This document shows, piece by piece, positions 24,443 to 26,438 of a stretch of 26,438 nt of DNA. Numbering within the stretch: the first letter of the stretch is position 1; each line of letters opens with the position of its first letter. The stretch lies in the IMG/VR virus record IMGVR_UViG_3300020045_001408, positions 1 to 26,438 of that record, one strand, 5' to 3'. Source of the DNA: a virus (lineage: Duplodnaviria; Caudoviricetes). Both the position numbers and the translations under genes were made by a program. The notes under the pieces are model-generated. The model was not told where the DNA came from. It saw only the letters and a program-made list of their open reading frames with translations, and searched no databases.

Positions 24443-24888
24443 ATTTTCACCTCTTCGGCCCTGCGTTTAACTAGCCCGGGCAGCTTCTTTCCACCAGCGT
24501 AGACGTAACGATTTAACTCATTGCATGCCTCCTTCCATTTTCCCGCCTTTTCTAGCGCAGGAATTCGTGACTTCTGAATTTTTCCCACGCCTAAATTGTA
24601 GGCTGCATCAGTGTACGCAATCCGCCGATTATCCGGCAGACCTGGCATCATCTTGTCGACTGGCCCAAGGTAATCGCCAATGCGCTTGTACAGCATCGCC
24701 TCGCACTCTGCTTTCGTCTTGGTGTCGCCATAATGCACACCTTGCGTCTCGCCGTAGCAGATAGTATTGATGCCGACCGGGTCTTTATACGTATTTAGAC
24801 TCAAACCCTCTGACGGAATGATTAACGCCGCAATAGCTGCGACCACAGCAATGGCGCCACCTGCTGCACCTGTTTTATTAATCGACAT
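24427..24888 (-). CDS. SAR endolysin, GH24 (T4/P21-type) lysozyme
   Basis: Catalytic triad E-X8-D-X5-T (EGLSLNTYKDPVGINT); Gly/Ala-rich N-terminal SAR segment; 'GLVKRRAEE'. Confidence 0.92.
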   Translation of the reverse strand: MSINKTGAAGGAIAVVAAIAALIIPSEGLSLNTYKDPVGINTICYGETQGVHYGDTKTKAECEAMLYKRIGDYLGPVDKMMPGLPDNRRIAYTDAAYNLGVGKIQKSRIPALEKAGKWKEACNELNRYVYAGGKKLPGLVKRRAEEVKICLGQ

Positions 24889-25093
24889 CGGCATACTCCG
24901 CCCAATAAGTTTTATTTACATGATCCATTATTGCAATTCTTGCATCTTTAGCGCTAACAAACTCCCCCATGTCTTTCCAAAAGAATATCCATACCTTTCT
25001 CCTTGCAAAGTATGCCATTGACCCATCCGGCCTCATCTCCTCAAAAACTCCATAAACTTTACGCACTCTACCCCGCAATGCAAAACAGCCCAC
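24878..25093 (-). CDS. Hypothetical protein (~71 aa)
   Basis: Fills the gap before the endolysin; start uncertain; no TM segment. Confidence 0.55.
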   Translation of the reverse strand: MGCFALRGRVRKVYGVFEEMRPDGSMAYFARRKVWIFFWKDMGEFVSAKDARIAIMDHVNKTYWAEYADVD

Positions 25094-25106
25094 ACGGGGC
25101 CGCTTG

Positions 25107-25451
25107 CTAAATTAATGATTCGATAACTGCACGTTTCAGGCTATCTTTCGCCTTTTGCGCAGCCTTCTTTATTGATTCATCCCGACTAGACAACCCTTCC
25201 GCGACAATGGGTAGAATCTTATTTTCCACCGCATAAACGACGAGAGCCACCCGTAGCTTGTGCATTGATCCAAATGGCTTAGCGATCAAGCCATCCGCAA
25301 TACCCATTCTCTCCGAAATATGCTCCCGTCGAATATTCATCAACCCCATGTCGGACGCTAAAATTGCCGCGTTTTCTAGGATATCTTTCCTTCGTTGAAC
25401 CTGGTCGATCTGACGCATAATGCCTCTATTAATTGTTGCCGTATGCGTCAT
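25107..25451 (-). CDS. TetR-like HTH DNA-binding protein
   Basis: 'RKDILENAAILASDMGLMNIRREHISERMGIADGLIAKPFGS..KL' follows the TetR N-terminal HTH pattern. Confidence 0.7.
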   Translation of the reverse strand: MTHTATINRGIMRQIDQVQRRKDILENAAILASDMGLMNIRREHISERMGIADGLIAKPFGSMHKLRVALVVYAVENKILPIVAEGLSSRDESIKKAAQKAKDSLKRAVIESLI

Positions 25452-25460
25452 TGTAGACGG

Positions 25461-26024
25461 CTACTTGATTTCACTCAATAGAAACTTAGTAACATTTCCC
25501 ATTGCGTCAAAATAAAAACGATCAACCCTTACCGGGATGGTGCAGTCATCGGCCAAAGCGCGTAATAAGTCTGCGTTAGGGTGAGGCGTTGGCTTGATGC
25601 GGTAATCTGTAGTTTCCGACCATCTTGGGTTTTTAGTATTTTTCCAAGAGCCATCGTCTTTAAATTGAATATCCGGCCGCCCCTTCGCCTCCCACTCCGC
25701 CTTCAACGCAGCATGGCGCGATACTTCTTTGAAGCGGTATTCCACACCATCATTCCACGCCGGATCGCTGACTGCCTCCCATCCACGCCTATACAAAGCC
25801 TCCACTTCCGGCTTACCCTTCGCAATCCACTCATTTTTCATATCAAACCAGCGCGGCTTAAATCGGTACTGTGCATCTGCATGCCAGTGTGGATGCTCGC
25901 AATCAAGCCACGTAACAGCATCACTCTCACGCGTCTGAACCGCCCGCGTCGTATCCTTAACCCATTCGCCAATGATCGCAGCGTGGATGTGCGGGACTGG
26001 TGCCGGTTTGGTTTCTTGTGTCAT
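25461..26024 (-). CDS. Hypothetical protein with three tandem ~43-aa repeats
   Basis: SD AAGGAG before ATG 26024; repeats of EW..KG.P.V......W.....P.W.....YR(F/I)KP. Confidence 0.85.
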   Translation of the reverse strand: MTQETKPAPVPHIHAAIIGEWVKDTTRAVQTRESDAVTWLDCEHPHWHADAQYRFKPRWFDMKNEWIAKGKPEVEALYRRGWEAVSDPAWNDGVEYRFKEVSRHAALKAEWEAKGRPDIQFKDDGSWKNTKNPRWSETTDYRIKPTPHPNADLLRALADDCTIPVRVDRFYFDAMGNVTKFLLSEIK

Positions 26025-26116
26025 TTTTGACTCCTTGGTGCGTTGTTTTTCTTCGAGTAATTGCGGATAAATTGAAAGACAAATTAAAGCCATATCATCC
26101 CCACTTTTTAAGTTGA

Positions 26117-26290
26117 TTATTCGTTTTCTTCTTCGTAATCAGCAATGACCTGATCCGTAAACTTGACCATAAGACTGATGCGTTTTGGCAAGTCAGACTC
26201 CGCAATGACATCACAAAAGTCCGCAATGCTTTGAGCGCCATCCGCACCAACACGCTCGATCTGTTCGTATAGCGCCTGGTCGTTGAACAT
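26117..26290 (-). CDS. Small acidic hypothetical protein (57 aa)
   Basis: SD GGAGG before ATG 26290 (MFNDQALYEQIE...). Confidence 0.7.
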   Translation of the reverse strand: MFNDQALYEQIERVGADGAQSIADFCDVIAESDLPKRISLMVKFTDQVIADYEEENE

Positions 26291-26291
26291 T

Positions 26292-26438
26292 TCAAACCTC
26301 CCGCACCTTGATGCCGTGAACATGCAGCATGAGTTTTCGTTTTATGACATAAGCCGGCAATGTTTTAGTGTGGGCGCTTTTCACGTCAATCACCTCAACC
26401 CGGCCATCTGCGTACTCAACACGAAAATCAGCATAGTA
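26292..26438 (-). CDS. DUF1064-like PD-(D/E)XK nuclease, C-terminal part
   Basis: Manual: YYADFRVEYADGRVEVIDVKSAHTKTLPAYVIKRKLMLHVHGIKVREV*; ADF...DVK motif. Confidence 0.8.
   Translation of the reverse strand, partial: YYADFRVEYADGRVEVIDVKSAHTKTLPAYVIKRKLMLHVHGIKVREV

Noticed and set aside
1-26438. CRISPR array, diversity-generating retroelement, invertible fibre cassette, integrase/att site or IS element
   Set aside because: By eye: no regularly spaced direct repeats, reverse transcriptase, recombinase or transposase, and no long near-identical repeat pair. A self dot-plot would be the decisive check.

Overview
This window is part of a tailed dsDNA phage genome, apparently a small myovirus of a Gram-negative, probably gammaproteobacterial, host. 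Gene families and order resemble the JD001/MSW-3/phiPLPE 'dwarf myovirus' type (inference, no search run). The minus strand carries the late region: SAR endolysin, Rz/Rz1, terS, terL, DUF1073-type portal, gpF-like minor head protein, DUF2213 protease/scaffold, cement protein, DUF2184 major capsid, head-appendage genes (spike-fibre and collagen-like), neck genes, DUF3383 sheath, tube, G/GT chaperones with a -1 frameshift site, a short tape measure and a Dit-like baseplate gene. This backbone is interrupted six times by plus-strand transcription units. Four start at sigma70-type promoters sharing TTGACG-nnnGCGGCA-N8-TAnnnT, and three of those overlap a divergent extended -10 at a fixed distance. 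Most notable: (1) a ~410-nt promoter-to-terminator non-coding unit between Rz and terS containing two tRNA-like folds plus a third structured domain; (2) a self-contained module of a glycine-zipper/coiled-coil protein, a 55-aa partner and a divergent RHH-like regulator; (3) the repeated bidirectional promoter switch; (4) accessory proteins built from shuffled shared domains. No CRISPR array, canonical tRNA, integrase or transposase was seen. Family assignments come from motif recognition and synteny only.
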